Below are positions 1 to 9,173 of a DNA stretch of 64,000 nucleotides, in pieces. The DNA lies in the IMG/VR virus record IMGVR_UViG_3300006880_000001, positions 65,360-129,359 of that record; one strand, 5' to 3'. A model generated the notes under the pieces. That model had not been told where the DNA came from, made no database searches, and was given only the letters and a program-made list of their open reading frames with translations. A program made the translations under genes and the position numbers. The stretch is from a virus. Position 1 is the stretch's first letter. Each line of letters begins with the position of its first letter.

Positions 1-701
1 TGGCGCGCGTACGGCGCCTCATCGGCGAAGCGGCTGTTCGGCAGGGTGGTGTCCGCTGCGATCCACCGCTTCGGCGACAGCTTCGGCAGCCCCGCGACGA
101 CGTAGATGTGGCCCCAGTCCTGGCCGCGGACGCGCGTGACGCGTAGGCGGGGCTCGATCTGGTTCAAGGCCAGAAGGGTGGCGACGAGCGCGTTGTGATC
201 GTCGCAGTCGCCGCCCTTGAACTCCCAGGTCCGCCACGGGCTCTGGTAGTAGTCGATCGCCTCGACCGAGCCGTCGGGGAACTTGATCGGCGCGACGTCG
301 CCGGTGTAGCGGACGCGGCCCTTGACCGCGTCGTAGATGGAGCGCGCCTCGCAGTCACCGTCTCGCGCCGGGCACGAGTAGGTGAGCTGCAGCGCGAGCT
401 TGCGCATCCGTGGGTCGTGGACGCCCTTCCACACACGATCCTGGATCAGGCGGACACGCTGGTCGATCGGCAGGAACGCCTGCCGGTAGTGCGCCAGCGT
501 CATGTCACCGATCGTCTGCTGAAAGGCCATCCTGGGCCGACGGGCGACGTGGGTCACGGTCTCGCCGCGACCGGCCAATCCCTTCCGCCCGCGGGCACCC
601 GCGATCGGCCGCCGGCTGTACCAGCTGGCGGCGACGCCGATGCCCAAGGCCGCGGCGGCAACCCCGGTTCCGAGGAGGAGGTACTTCTGCCAGTCCCGCA
701 T
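1..701 (-). CDS. Transglutaminase-like cysteine protease with N-terminal membrane anchor (runs off the left edge)
   Basis: Not in the ORF track; translated by hand from ATG at 701: MRDWQKYLLLGTGVAAAALGIGVAASW...RVRYTGD...GGDCDDH...WGHIYV...WIAADTT. Cys-His-Asp triad pattern of transglutaminase-like proteins. Confidence 0.8.
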   Translation of the reverse strand, partial: MRDWQKYLLLGTGVAAAALGIGVAASWYSRRPIAGARGRKGLAGRGETVTHVARRPRMAFQQTIGDMTLAHYRQAFLPIDQRVRLIQDRVWKGVHDPRMRKLALQLTYSCPARDGDCEARSIYDAVKGRVRYTGDVAPIKFPDGSVEAIDYYQSPWRTWEFKGGDCDDHNALVATLLALNQIEPRLRVTRVRGQDWGHIYVVAGLPKLSPKRWIAADTTLPNSRFADEAPYAR

Positions 702-738
702 CGTGGTCGATGGTACACGGACCCCCCGAACTTCGCTA

Positions 739-754
739 GATCGCACCTTCGATC
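739..754. promoter_or_regulatory. GATC-N8-GATC box (GATCGCACCTTCGATC) between divergent genes
   Basis: Identical 16-mer in reverse complement at 6875-6890 and 58158-58173; followed here by TGG-TAGAGT, 6 nt, then ATG 773. Confidence 0.6.
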
Positions 755-772
755 GACTGGTAGAGTGGGGCC

Positions 773-1321
773 ATGTCGCTCGGCATGATCACGGTTCCCG
801 GTCTCGGCAACATCGCGTACACGGGGGCCTCGCGCCAGGACATGTCCCTCCTCGGCGCGTTCGGCGCGGACGTACCGGACCCCAACGTCAAGGCGTTGCA
901 GGAGTCGCTGATCAAGCTCACCGTGTACGTTCCGACGGCGAACCCCGGCGCCGCCACCGGCATCCTCGACGCCACCACCATCCAAGCGGTCGCCGCGGTC
1001 ATCCCGACCCTGACCCGCTACCTGTCGAAGGACGTTGCGACGGTCATCCAGTTCGCCTTGCTCGGTGCCGGTCTCTCCGAGACCGCCATGAACAAGGCGA
1101 AGCCCTACGTGAAGCAGTACGCTCGGGTCATCAAGACGGCCGTCGACGCCCTCTACATCGAGAAGTCGTCGAAACCCCCGGCGCCAGGGACCACCTCGAC
1201 GCCGTACTACCAGCCGCAGACGTACGCGACCAAACCCTGGTACACGACCGGCGTCGGTATCGCGGCACTGGCGGTCGGAAGCCTTCTTCTCCTCGGCGGC
1301 CTCTACGTCGCGGTGAAGTGA
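773..1321 (+). CDS. Putative virion membrane protein (C-terminal TM helix)
   Basis: 182 aa; ends KPWYTTGVGIAALAVGSLLLLGGLYVAVK; leaderless start after an extended -10-like element. Confidence 0.6.
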   Translation: MSLGMITVPGLGNIAYTGASRQDMSLLGAFGADVPDPNVKALQESLIKLTVYVPTANPGAATGILDATTIQAVAAVIPTLTRYLSKDVATVIQFALLGAGLSETAMNKAKPYVKQYARVIKTAVDALYIEKSSKPPAPGTTSTPYYQPQTYATKPWYTTGVGIAALAVGSLLLLGGLYVAVK

Positions 1322-1330
1322 GAGGTCCTC

Positions 1331-1495
1331 ATGCTCCCGAACATGTTCTTCCCCGGAAGGGGCTTCCCGCCGACGCCGCCACCACCCAACCCCGAGCAGA
1401 TCCAGCGGCGCTCCACCACGCTCACCATCGGCATCACCGCCGGGGTGGCAGTCCTTGCCGCGATCGGCGCGGCGTTCTTCCTCCGCCGTCGATGA
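1331..1495 (+). CDS. Small Pro-rich membrane protein (54 aa)
   Basis: Hand translation MLPNMFFPGRGFPPTPPPPNPEQ...GITAGVAVLAAIGAAFFLRRR; GAGG RBS; fills the gap between neighbours. Confidence 0.65.
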   Translation: MLPNMFFPGRGFPPTPPPPNPEQIQRRSTTLTIGITAGVAVLAAIGAAFFLRRR

Positions 1496-1504
1496 GGTGA
1501 TGAA

Positions 1505-2026
1505 ATGGGTATTCGCGACGACCTGATGGCTCTCTTCAAGCTCATTCCGGGCGGCGGTACCGCAGCCCAGAAGATGACCGACTTCGAGGAGCTGATCAAA
1601 GCCAAGGCCCGCGAGGGCGCCGAGCAGGCGATCCCGACGATCAAGGCACAGGTCGCCCAGCAGGTGACGCCGTACATCGCGGTGGCCCTCGCACTCGGTG
1701 CCATCGGCGCCGTCACCGGCGTCGCCGCCGTGGCGAAGACTCGCCGTCGCAGCCTCAGCGGCTTCGGGCACAGCGCTGGCGATCACCACGACCGCATGCA
1801 CACCTCGCTACGGGCGGTGAGCCGCCACGCCAGCACCGCCGAGGAGGCCGCCTTCAGTCGCCAGTGCAAGCGATCGCTCGCCAACCTCCTGGCGGCGGAA
1901 CGCGGGCACGGCGAGGCCGACGCCGAGAGCTCGGGGGCTGGGGAGACGCACAGCCCGGCGCTCCGCGCCCTCGACCGCGCGACCTCGTCCGCGCAGCGCC
2001 AGTTCGTCAAGCACTGCCTGAAGTAG
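1505..2026 (+). CDS. Putative membrane protein
   Basis: Central hydrophobic helix YIAVALALGAIGAVTGVAAV followed by KTRRRSLSGFG; GAGG RBS. Confidence 0.6.
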   Translation: MGIRDDLMALFKLIPGGGTAAQKMTDFEELIKAKAREGAEQAIPTIKAQVAQQVTPYIAVALALGAIGAVTGVAAVAKTRRRSLSGFGHSAGDHHDRMHTSLRAVSRHASTAEEAAFSRQCKRSLANLLAAERGHGEADAESSGAGETHSPALRALDRATSSAQRQFVKHCLK

Positions 2027-2069
2027 GCGGCCGTCGACAGCCGGCGGCGCCTGATGGTACGCTGCCAGC

Positions 2070-2432
2070 ATGCCTGGCCACGTCGGCGTCTCGCCCGGTA
2101 CGACCACGCTTCTCCTCGCCGGGCCGTGCTTCCCGATGGGCGAGGACAAGCCCGACGGTGGCGTCTGGCCGTGGCGCCACAACTGCCCTCAGTGCGCGAA
2201 GCCGGCAGCCCCGGCTGCGGCGGCACCGAAGGCGGCGCCGGCCGCGCCCCCTCCGATCGAGAACCGTCAGCTGTCGGTCTACTGGCCGTACGCACGGGAC
2301 CAACAGCTCAGAGCCCCACAGCTCCTCGGCGCCGACGGATCGGCGCAGCACCAGGTCGGGATGGTCGTTGGGTTCCTCGCTGGCCTCGGGGGCGTCCTGC
2401 TGCTCGCGGCGAAGATGAAGAAGGGACGCTGA
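2070..2432 (+). CDS. Putative membrane protein (C-terminal TM, CPQC)
   Basis: TGG-TACGCT 6 nt upstream of ATG; C-terminal MVVGFLAGLGGVLLLAAKMKKGR. Confidence 0.6.
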   Translation: MPGHVGVSPGTTTLLLAGPCFPMGEDKPDGGVWPWRHNCPQCAKPAAPAAAAPKAAPAAPPPIENRQLSVYWPYARDQQLRAPQLLGADGSAQHQVGMVVGFLAGLGGVLLLAAKMKKGR

Positions 2433-3019
2433 TGCGCGACATCACCACCATCCTCGGCGCCGCCAACGGCCTGGGCCTTGTCCTCTCCCCCTGGGGCAAC
2501 CTCCCGAACGGAGGGTCGCCGTGGGAGGTCGAGATGCTCTACCCGGTCCCGGAGCCCCTCAAGCCCTACGACGCCATGTACAACACGCGCGGCGAGGCAG
2601 GCTTCTACCACGACTCGCCGATGGGTGGTGCGGGGCTCGGCTACATCCCGACCAACATCCAGGTCTCGAGCCAGGCCTGCTACGTCCCCTTCCAGAACGC
2701 GCCGATCACCACCGCCGAGGTCTTCTGGCCGACCTCGTGGGTGCCGCCGAACGGGTGGTCGCCGGCGGGTGGTTACGGCCCTCAGCCCACGTGGCGGAAG
2801 CGGGGTCTCGGCGAGACGGCGGCCGAAGCTGCGGTCGAAGACGCCGCGCGCCACCAGCGCAAGGTGTTCATCCTCCAGGTCCTCACGACCACCGCCGTCG
2901 TCGCCGTGTCCGCGCTGAACTTCTACCGCGGCATCAAGGAGGAGGCGGTGAAGCGGCGGGTGGCGAGCGCGAGCGGAACCGCGGGGATCGGGCGCGCCCG
3001 GTCTCGGCGTCGGCGTTGA
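2432..3019 (+). CDS. Putative virion membrane protein with poly-Arg tail
   Basis: Start MRDITTILG overlaps upstream stop (TGATG); TM near C-terminus; ends GIGRARSRRRR. Confidence 0.6.
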   Translation: MRDITTILGAANGLGLVLSPWGNLPNGGSPWEVEMLYPVPEPLKPYDAMYNTRGEAGFYHDSPMGGAGLGYIPTNIQVSSQACYVPFQNAPITTAEVFWPTSWVPPNGWSPAGGYGPQPTWRKRGLGETAAEAAVEDAARHQRKVFILQVLTTTAVVAVSALNFYRGIKEEAVKRRVASASGTAGIGRARSRRRR

Positions 3020-3052
3020 GGATCCCAGGTTCGATCTGGTAGCCTGGGAGGC

Positions 3053-3631
3053 ATGACAGCCTTCCTCGCGGCCTCCGACCGGGACAACCTCACGGTCGTT
3101 AAGAGGGGCCTCCTCGAGCCGCTGGATGCGCTGATCCGGAGCCAACTCGGCACCACGCGCGTCCGTACACCCACCTTCGGCTCGGGGCTGGCGACGACCT
3201 CGCTGCTCAACACCGGGGTCATCTACTGGCCGCAGAGCGCGCTCGCCGACGTCCGCCAGGCATGGCAAGGCCTGGCCCAGAGCCACGCGCTCTACGGGCC
3301 GGTGGCCGACTTCCCGCTCAAGCCCAGCCTCGACGCCGAGCCCAGCCTGGCCGAGGGCATCGCGAAGGGCGGCGTCACCGGCGTCGCGCAGGCCACCCAG
3401 GCCTTCGTCCTCTTGACGACGCCGCTCGCGGCCAAGGGCGCCGCGATGCGGTTCTTGACGCTGGCGAACATCGACGAGTCACCGCTCCTCGACACCGCCG
3501 CGCTCGTCGGCGGGTCCAAGACCGGCTTCCTGTGGGGCTTCCTCGCCGGCGTCGGCTACCTGGCGTGGCTCCACCGCGAGGGCATCGGGCACGTCGTCTC
3601 GAAGGTTCGAGGCGCGCTGAGGCAGCCATGA
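3053..3631 (+). CDS. Putative membrane protein
   Basis: GATC-N8-GATC variant (3021-3036) and TGG-TAGCCT upstream; C-terminal hydrophobic segment. Confidence 0.6.
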   Translation: MTAFLAASDRDNLTVVKRGLLEPLDALIRSQLGTTRVRTPTFGSGLATTSLLNTGVIYWPQSALADVRQAWQGLAQSHALYGPVADFPLKPSLDAEPSLAEGIAKGGVTGVAQATQAFVLLTTPLAAKGAAMRFLTLANIDESPLLDTAALVGGSKTGFLWGFLAGVGYLAWLHREGIGHVVSKVRGALRQP

Positions 3632-3879
3632 AGGGTCCGTACTGCGAGAAGGTCGTCCACGCGAAGAGCTACTTCGACAAGCGCAGCTTCCGCACGAAGC
3701 GCCGCGGCAAGGTCGAGCTCCTCATCGGGTGCCCCCGTGGGAAGTGGATGCCCAAGGCGAAGTACAAGGGCAAGAAGGGCCGCTGTGCTGTCGGCACCCG
3801 AGCGCACGTGGTGAGGACTCCCCTCAAGGGCATGCGGTGTCCAGCCGGGGCCAAGCGTCGCACCAGACGAACGAGGTGA
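3628..3879 (+). CDS. Small Lys/Arg-rich, Cys-containing protein (possible DNA-condensing core protein)
   Basis: MKGPYCEK...KRRTRRTR; ATGA overlap with the upstream gene. Confidence 0.6.
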   Translation: MKGPYCEKVVHAKSYFDKRSFRTKRRGKVELLIGCPRGKWMPKAKYKGKKGRCAVGTRAHVVRTPLKGMRCPAGAKRRTRRTR

Positions 3880-3885
3880 TCTTCG

Positions 3886-4308
3886 ATGTCTCGCCCCAAC
3901 CAACGCCGTTACGTTCGAACCCTGCCTCGTGCGCCGCGTCCATACCGGCGGCGGAGCGCGGGAGCGATCTCCGAGTACGCCCTCGGCGCGCCAGCGCTGC
4001 CGACCTACCGGACCGTCGCCGGCGTCCTCGAGAAGAAGACCGGCTCCGGCGCTGCGCTCGCGGGCTGGACCTTCCTGCGGGGCGTCTTCCTGATCGGCCT
4101 GCCGTTCCTCATCGTCGGCACGCCGTGGCGGAAGGTCGTGGCCGGCGCAGCGCTCTCGTCGTCGCTGATGTCGCTCTTCACGCTCCTGCGCATCTTCAAC
4201 GCGCGGGAAGAGATCCGACGTGAGATGATCCGTGCCGAGCTCCCCCGCGTCCCCAACTGGGCGCGGCGGCGGCTCCGCGGTGCTGGCTTCCGTCCGACCG
4301 AGGACTAG
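3886..4308 (+). CDS. Basic two-TM membrane protein
   Basis: Arg-rich termini and two hydrophobic segments. Confidence 0.6.
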   Translation: MSRPNQRRYVRTLPRAPRPYRRRSAGAISEYALGAPALPTYRTVAGVLEKKTGSGAALAGWTFLRGVFLIGLPFLIVGTPWRKVVAGAALSSSLMSLFTLLRIFNAREEIRREMIRAELPRVPNWARRRLRGAGFRPTED

Positions 4309-4640
4309 GTCGTCGCCGGTGGTTCGGTGGGCGGCGTCGACGACTCCTCGAACGTCGCCCGCAACCGCTCTTCGGTCAGGATCACCCGGGTTCCGTTCGG
4401 CAGCGTGACCTCTACGCAATGCGTGCCGTGGACCGCCTTGCGTACGTCGATGGCGCCGGTGAAGTTGTTGGCCGGGAGCTCCTCGGCGCCGCCGTGGGTG
4501 AGGGCAGCGTGGGTGACCACCTGTCCGAGCGCGATGAGCTCCTCGACGAACCGTCGCACGAGGAGGTCCACGTCCCCGGCGTGCGGGGGTTGGTTGTGGT
4601 GCGTTCCCACGCCGCTGATGCTGATGTGCCAATTGCCCAT
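4305..4640 (-). CDS. Hypothetical protein
   Basis: 111 aa; AAAGGGA RBS-like sequence upstream; follows 4653-6857 on the same strand. Confidence 0.55.
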   Translation of the reverse strand: MGNWHISISGVGTHHNQPPHAGDVDLLVRRFVEELIALGQVVTHAALTHGGAEELPANNFTGAIDVRKAVHGTHCVEVTLPNGTRVILTEERLRATFEESSTPPTEPPATT

Positions 4641-4652
4641 CGGACGTCCCTT

Positions 4653-6857
4653 TCAGCCCGCCGCGTCCTCGTCGCTGCCCTCGTCCTCGTCATCTCCCTC
4701 GTCCTCGTCTCCCTCTTCGTCTTCGGAGAGTTGGGGGGCTTCGACCTGCGACTCGGCGACCTTGGTCATGGCCTTCCACGCCTCGGCGAGGTTCTGGACC
4801 ACGCCCGCGTGGTACTCGACCGGCACGTCGGGCAGGACGACGTCGATCAGATCGGCGAACCGAGCCGTCATGAACAGCTCGTGGAACGCGGGGACGTTGA
4901 TCTGGTTCCCGAGGATGTGGTTCGCGGCCTCGATGAGGTAGGCCGCGCACTCCTCCGGCGCCGCGCCCGGCGGCCGTCCGTTGACGAGCTTCGGCGGATC
5001 CTGCATCACCGCGTCGACGAACTCGCCGACAGCGCGACGCAGCTTCTGGATGTGGTCCATCGCCGGACCGAACCACTCCGCGTCGGTCTTGCCGTGCCGA
5101 CGCAGTTGGATGACCTTGGCACCCTCGGGCTTCGCCGACTCGACCTTCGGGGCCTCCGCGGCGGCCCCCTCGACCGCGGCGGACGCTTCCTTCGGGCGCT
5201 TGGCCTTCTTGGCCTTCACGGCGGAGGGTTGGGTCTCCACGCTCGGCGGCGTCGGCGCACTGCGCGGACCCTGGGGGAGCTGCTGCGCCGCCCCGAGACC
5301 ACCACCACGCTGAGCCGCGACGGCCGCGGCCTGCGCCTGAGCGATCTCGCCGCGGGCGCGGTTGGCGCTCACAGCCTCGTCGCGGCGTGCGGCGACCATC
5401 TTGCCGACGATCTCCTTCCCGTCGGAGATGGCGTCACGGATGAGACCGGTCACGGAGTCACCGTTGCCTCCCATCGTCTGCATCATGTTCTCCATCGCCA
5501 CCTTCTGGAGCTGGAGCATGTCGCCGGTGAGGTTGATGACGGTCTTGCGCAGGTCGGAGACGCCATCGCCGCTCTCCTTGAAGATGCCGATCACGTCCCG
5601 CGGCGTCATGATCTGGTTGGCCATGCGATCGGCGACGGCGCGCTGGTCTCGCAGGGCCTCCTTCACGAAGTCGAGCACCGGGTCGTGCTGTGGCTTCGCC
5701 GCGGCAGCGGCCGCGGCAGCCGCAGCGGCGGCGGCCTGCTGCGCCTTGAGCTCGTCGATCGAACGCCGGCTGTCCTCCTGTTGCTGACGGATGAGGTCCT
5801 TCAGCGCCTGCTCGCGATCGCGCGCCTCCAGCCGCTCGCGCTCGCGCAGACGCTCCGCCTCGAGCCGCTCGCGCTCGCGGCGGTTCTCCTCCTCTTGGCG
5901 GCGCATCTGCTCGTTCTGCGCCTTGATCTGCTCCTGGAGGGAGAGCAGCTGCGGGTCCGGCCCCTGCGGCTGCCCTGCCTTCTCCACGACCTTGACGATC
6001 AGGTCCTCGAGCCGCGCGAAGCGCTGGTCGATCGCCGCCTGCTGCCGCTCGCGGTCCATCCGCTCGCGCTCCGCGCGCATCTGCTCGGCCTCCGGGCTCG
6101 GACCGGTGGGGCGCCGGATCTCGGCCTGGATCGCGTCCAGCTGCTGACGACTCGCAGCCTGGATGGCCTCGAGCTGGGTCCGGTTCTGGGCGGCGATCCG
6201 CTCGATCTCCGCCTTGTGCTCGGCCTCGATCCGCTGGCGCTCGACGTCGCGCAGCTGCGTCTCCAGCTGGCGGTTGTGGGCCTCGAGCTCGCGGGTCTTG
6301 GAGTCGTCGCGGAAGGGGTTGTCGAACATGATCGTCTCCTGCCACGGGCGGCGGTAGCCCCCGTTCGGTGTCGCGTACGGAGCGGGGGCCTGGTACACGG
6401 TCCCGATCGGCGCCTGGGCGAAGCTGCCCGGCTGCGAGATCGGTGGCGTCGCCCAGATGGCCGCCGGCGGCGGGAATTGTCCGGTGGGGGTGGTCCCCCC
6501 TGGGGTTGGTGGACTGACGATGGTCTCCAGGGGCGGCCAGGCCTTCTCGACGTAGACTCGCGGGTCGTAGAAGCACTCCCAGGTGTGTGCGTCTCCGTCC
6601 CTATCGGTGACCGTGATGTTGTACAGACCCCCACCGACGGCGTCGCGAAGCCACGTCTCGAGCTGGAGGACGCTCGAGATATCCCACCCCTCCCCAGAAG
6701 CCAGCTCAGGACCGAGTGACGGGAGCGGTGTGATGGGGCTTCGGAGCGCGTTCGGCCCATTCCCCTTGATCCGCTCTACGCGGACAAACAGGGGCTCCTT
6801 CATGCCTCGGACCTTGTTGAGGTCGAAGACCACGGAGGGACGCTTGGGCGGTGCCAT
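4653..6857 (-). CDS. Large coiled-coil protein with acidic C-terminus
   Basis: Long Q/E/R-rich heptad region; start MAPPKR lies 6 nt after TACCGT and downstream of a GATC-N8-GATC box. Confidence 0.7.
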   Translation of the reverse strand: MAPPKRPSVVFDLNKVRGMKEPLFVRVERIKGNGPNALRSPITPLPSLGPELASGEGWDISSVLQLETWLRDAVGGGLYNITVTDRDGDAHTWECFYDPRVYVEKAWPPLETIVSPPTPGGTTPTGQFPPPAAIWATPPISQPGSFAQAPIGTVYQAPAPYATPNGGYRRPWQETIMFDNPFRDDSKTRELEAHNRQLETQLRDVERQRIEAEHKAEIERIAAQNRTQLEAIQAASRQQLDAIQAEIRRPTGPSPEAEQMRAERERMDRERQQAAIDQRFARLEDLIVKVVEKAGQPQGPDPQLLSLQEQIKAQNEQMRRQEEENRRERERLEAERLRERERLEARDREQALKDLIRQQQEDSRRSIDELKAQQAAAAAAAAAAAAAKPQHDPVLDFVKEALRDQRAVADRMANQIMTPRDVIGIFKESGDGVSDLRKTVINLTGDMLQLQKVAMENMMQTMGGNGDSVTGLIRDAISDGKEIVGKMVAARRDEAVSANRARGEIAQAQAAAVAAQRGGGLGAAQQLPQGPRSAPTPPSVETQPSAVKAKKAKRPKEASAAVEGAAAEAPKVESAKPEGAKVIQLRRHGKTDAEWFGPAMDHIQKLRRAVGEFVDAVMQDPPKLVNGRPPGAAPEECAAYLIEAANHILGNQINVPAFHELFMTARFADLIDVVLPDVPVEYHAGVVQNLAEAWKAMTKVAESQVEAPQLSEDEEGDEDEGDDEDEGSDEDAAG

Positions 6858-6874
6858 GCCCAAACGGTACCCCG

Positions 6875-6890
6875 GATCGAAGGTGCGATC
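6875..6890. promoter_or_regulatory. GATC-N8-GATC box
   Basis: GATCGAAGGTGCGATC is the reverse complement of 739-754; lies in a divergent intergenic region. Confidence 0.6.
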
Positions 6891-6958
6891 ATCGAAATGG
6901 CGCGTCTTTCACCCCAGGATTTGCGGGCCCGCAACCGGACTCGAGGTAACGTCTGACC

Positions 6959-7498
6959 ATGCGCAAGCGTCGCCCGCTCGCCCCCAGTGACCCTCGTGCG
7001 CCCTCAGGGATGGCGCATAGGACGTTCGAACGCACCCAGGGTTGCTGGAACTGCGTGAACTTCCGGCAGGGTGAGCCAGCGGTCGCGTTCTGGTCGCGCA
7101 AGCGCGCCGGCGACCTGCAGACCGCCCATGGCTTGGCCCTTCTGAAGGAGAAGGGAGAGAAAGACCCCGTCATCGTGGGCATGCGCCAGATGATCAACAC
7201 GATCGATCAGGGCGTGGCGGCCGGCCTCCTGGGCCTCTGCGGCGTCGGCGCAAGCGAAACGGACCTGGTTCAGAACACTTACCTGTGCGATCGCTGGACG
7301 GCCCAAGCCGGCGCCAGCGTGGCGCGCGCTGGGGAAGGCCTCGACGAGCTCCCGGAAGAGGTCCGGCACGAGGTCGATAGCGCCGTACCCGCCCACGGTC
7401 CCACGCAGGAGAGCACGCCACCGCAGTCCACGGAGGACCTGCCGCAGGTGGACATCTGCTCGATCGCACCTACGACCAAGGACACGGAGGAGAACTGA
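6959..7498 (+). CDS. Cys-motif hypothetical protein (possible metal binding)
   Basis: CWNC...LC...LCDRW pattern. Confidence 0.55.
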   Translation: MRKRRPLAPSDPRAPSGMAHRTFERTQGCWNCVNFRQGEPAVAFWSRKRAGDLQTAHGLALLKEKGEKDPVIVGMRQMINTIDQGVAAGLLGLCGVGASETDLVQNTYLCDRWTAQAGASVARAGEGLDELPEEVRHEVDSAVPAHGPTQESTPPQSTEDLPQVDICSIAPTTKDTEEN

Positions 7499-7500
7499 CC

Positions 7501-7827
7501 GTGCAGCTCCTGATCCTCGCGACCCTGACCACCGCCCTGTTCTACCTGGGGTCCCGCGCCCAGATCACGTCGTTCCTGTGGCGGCGATATCCCACCTGGT
7601 TGGCCCGCTTCGTCGACTGTCCAGCCTGCATCGGTTTCTGGCACGGTTTGTGGGTCGCCGCGACGCTGCGCGCCCTCGACCACCCACTCCCACCGTATCC
7701 CACCGAGGTCTGGAACCTACCCCTCCTCGCCCTGGCCAGCGTCGTGTGGACGCCCCTCGGCGCCGCGCTGCTCCAGCGGGCCCTGGAAGCGGTTGGTAGC
7801 GCCGTCAATGACCCGGAGGCCGGGTGA
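7501..7827 (+). CDS. DUF1360-like membrane protein with CxxC
   Basis: Hydrophobic; FVDCPACIGFW motif. Confidence 0.55.
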   Translation: MQLLILATLTTALFYLGSRAQITSFLWRRYPTWLARFVDCPACIGFWHGLWVAATLRALDHPLPPYPTEVWNLPLLALASVVWTPLGAALLQRALEAVGSAVNDPEAG

Positions 7828-7828
7828 C

Positions 7829-8344
7829 GTGGCACGGTCCCCGTCCAATCCGAACGCGCCCTACTACGTCCAGCTGCGGGACTTCAAGCGGCGCCTGATC
7901 GAAGGGGCGCTCGAGGTCAGCGATGGCAAGGCAGTCCTCGCCGCGCAACGGCTCGGGCTCCCCAAGGCGACCTGGAAGAAGCTCTGCCGCGAGCTCGACA
8001 TCAAGGGCACCTACGCCCCCTACGCCGAACGCACCGCGGCCGGGATGCGGACCAAGGCCGCGAAGGCAGCCCTCGAACAGGCAGCCACCGTGGATGCCCC
8101 TGCCGCCACGGACGCGGACACCCCCGATCCAGGCATCGCCGAAGCTGTCGAGGGCTTCGAGGAAGATGGCCTGTTCCTCATGGCGGACGAGCCGGATGAG
8201 GAGGAAGAGGACACCGAGGAGCTCGACGAGGACGAGGATGAGGATGAAGACGACGAAGACGAGCTCGACGAGGACGACGGCGACGAGGACGAAGACGAGG
8301 ACGACGCCGACGACGATGCCGAAGCAGACACCGACCCCAACTGA
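7829..8344 (+). CDS. Fis-type helix-turn-helix protein with long acidic tail
   Basis: FKRRLIEGALEVSDGKAVLAAQRLGLPKATWKKLCRELDI matches the Fis/HTH_8 pattern; C-terminal D/E tract of about 50 residues. Confidence 0.7.
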   Translation: MARSPSNPNAPYYVQLRDFKRRLIEGALEVSDGKAVLAAQRLGLPKATWKKLCRELDIKGTYAPYAERTAAGMRTKAAKAALEQAATVDAPAATDADTPDPGIAEAVEGFEEDGLFLMADEPDEEEEDTEELDEDEDEDEDDEDELDEDDGDEDEDEDDADDDAEADTDPN

Positions 8345-8353
8345 GGAGCCGCC

Positions 8354-9160
8354 ATGTTCACGTTCCTGCGGAGCCTACTGACCGATCTGACCTCCCACGG
8401 CGATCACGAGGGGCCGACGTCCGACGACACCGACGAACCCGACATCACGATCGACGAGGAGCCGCTCACTATCGACGGCGAGGGCTGGTTCGTCGGCCTC
8501 GGCGTCAAGCGCTTCTCGACGGCCCGGACCCAACCACTCCAGACGCCGTCGGGGCACGTCGAGGGGGTCACCTGGCACTGGACAGCGACCGGCGAAGGCA
8601 CCGGCGAGCGGCTGTGCAAGAACATCAAGAAGCTGCCCGAGCCAGGGCAGCATGTTGGCTCCTGGCACGTCCTGATCCCACGCCAGGGCGGCATCCTGCA
8701 ATGCGCGCCGACGACCGTCGGAACCTGGCATGCTGGTGGACCGACTGCCGCGCGGTTCTTCGCCAAGAACCACGGCTGGGCCAAGGCCCCACCGGGCATG
8801 AGCCGCATCAGCGCCAACGCGCTCTTCCTCGGCGTCGAGCTCGAATGCGTGGGCGAGGTGCGATCGATCGCCGGGTCGTGGATGGGGTGGCCCTTCGGCA
8901 AGAACGGCCAGAAGGGCCCGATCGTCCCTGACCGTGACATCGCCACGGCGGGTGGAAGGACGTACCAGGCGTTCACCAACGCACAGGTCACCGAAGCCAC
9001 GCGCATCGTGCGCGCGCTGGCCACCACCTACCGCCTCCCTGCGATGCAGTTCTCCTGGACCCATGCGGACATCGACCCGAACCGCAAGATCGATCCAGGG
9101 CCGATCTGGACCATGAAGATCCTCCCCGCGATCCTCGCATCCACCGTCCCCAACACCTGA
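8354..9160 (+). CDS. N-acetylmuramoyl-L-alanine amidase (Amidase_2-like endolysin)
   Basis: TWHWTA, SWH, TWHAG, N..GVELE, TH..IDP.RK.DPG motifs. Confidence 0.8.
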   Translation: MFTFLRSLLTDLTSHGDHEGPTSDDTDEPDITIDEEPLTIDGEGWFVGLGVKRFSTARTQPLQTPSGHVEGVTWHWTATGEGTGERLCKNIKKLPEPGQHVGSWHVLIPRQGGILQCAPTTVGTWHAGGPTAARFFAKNHGWAKAPPGMSRISANALFLGVELECVGEVRSIAGSWMGWPFGKNGQKGPIVPDRDIATAGGRTYQAFTNAQVTEATRIVRALATTYRLPAMQFSWTHADIDPNRKIDPGPIWTMKILPAILASTVPNT

Positions 9161-9173
9161 AGGATCTCCTCCC

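Noticed and set aside
4419-6719. 766-aa plus-strand ORF and other long antisense ORFs (e.g. 554-1801, 40698-42323, 47758-49113)
   Set aside because: Shadow frames of real genes on the opposite strand, expected in high-GC DNA; no motifs and biased composition.
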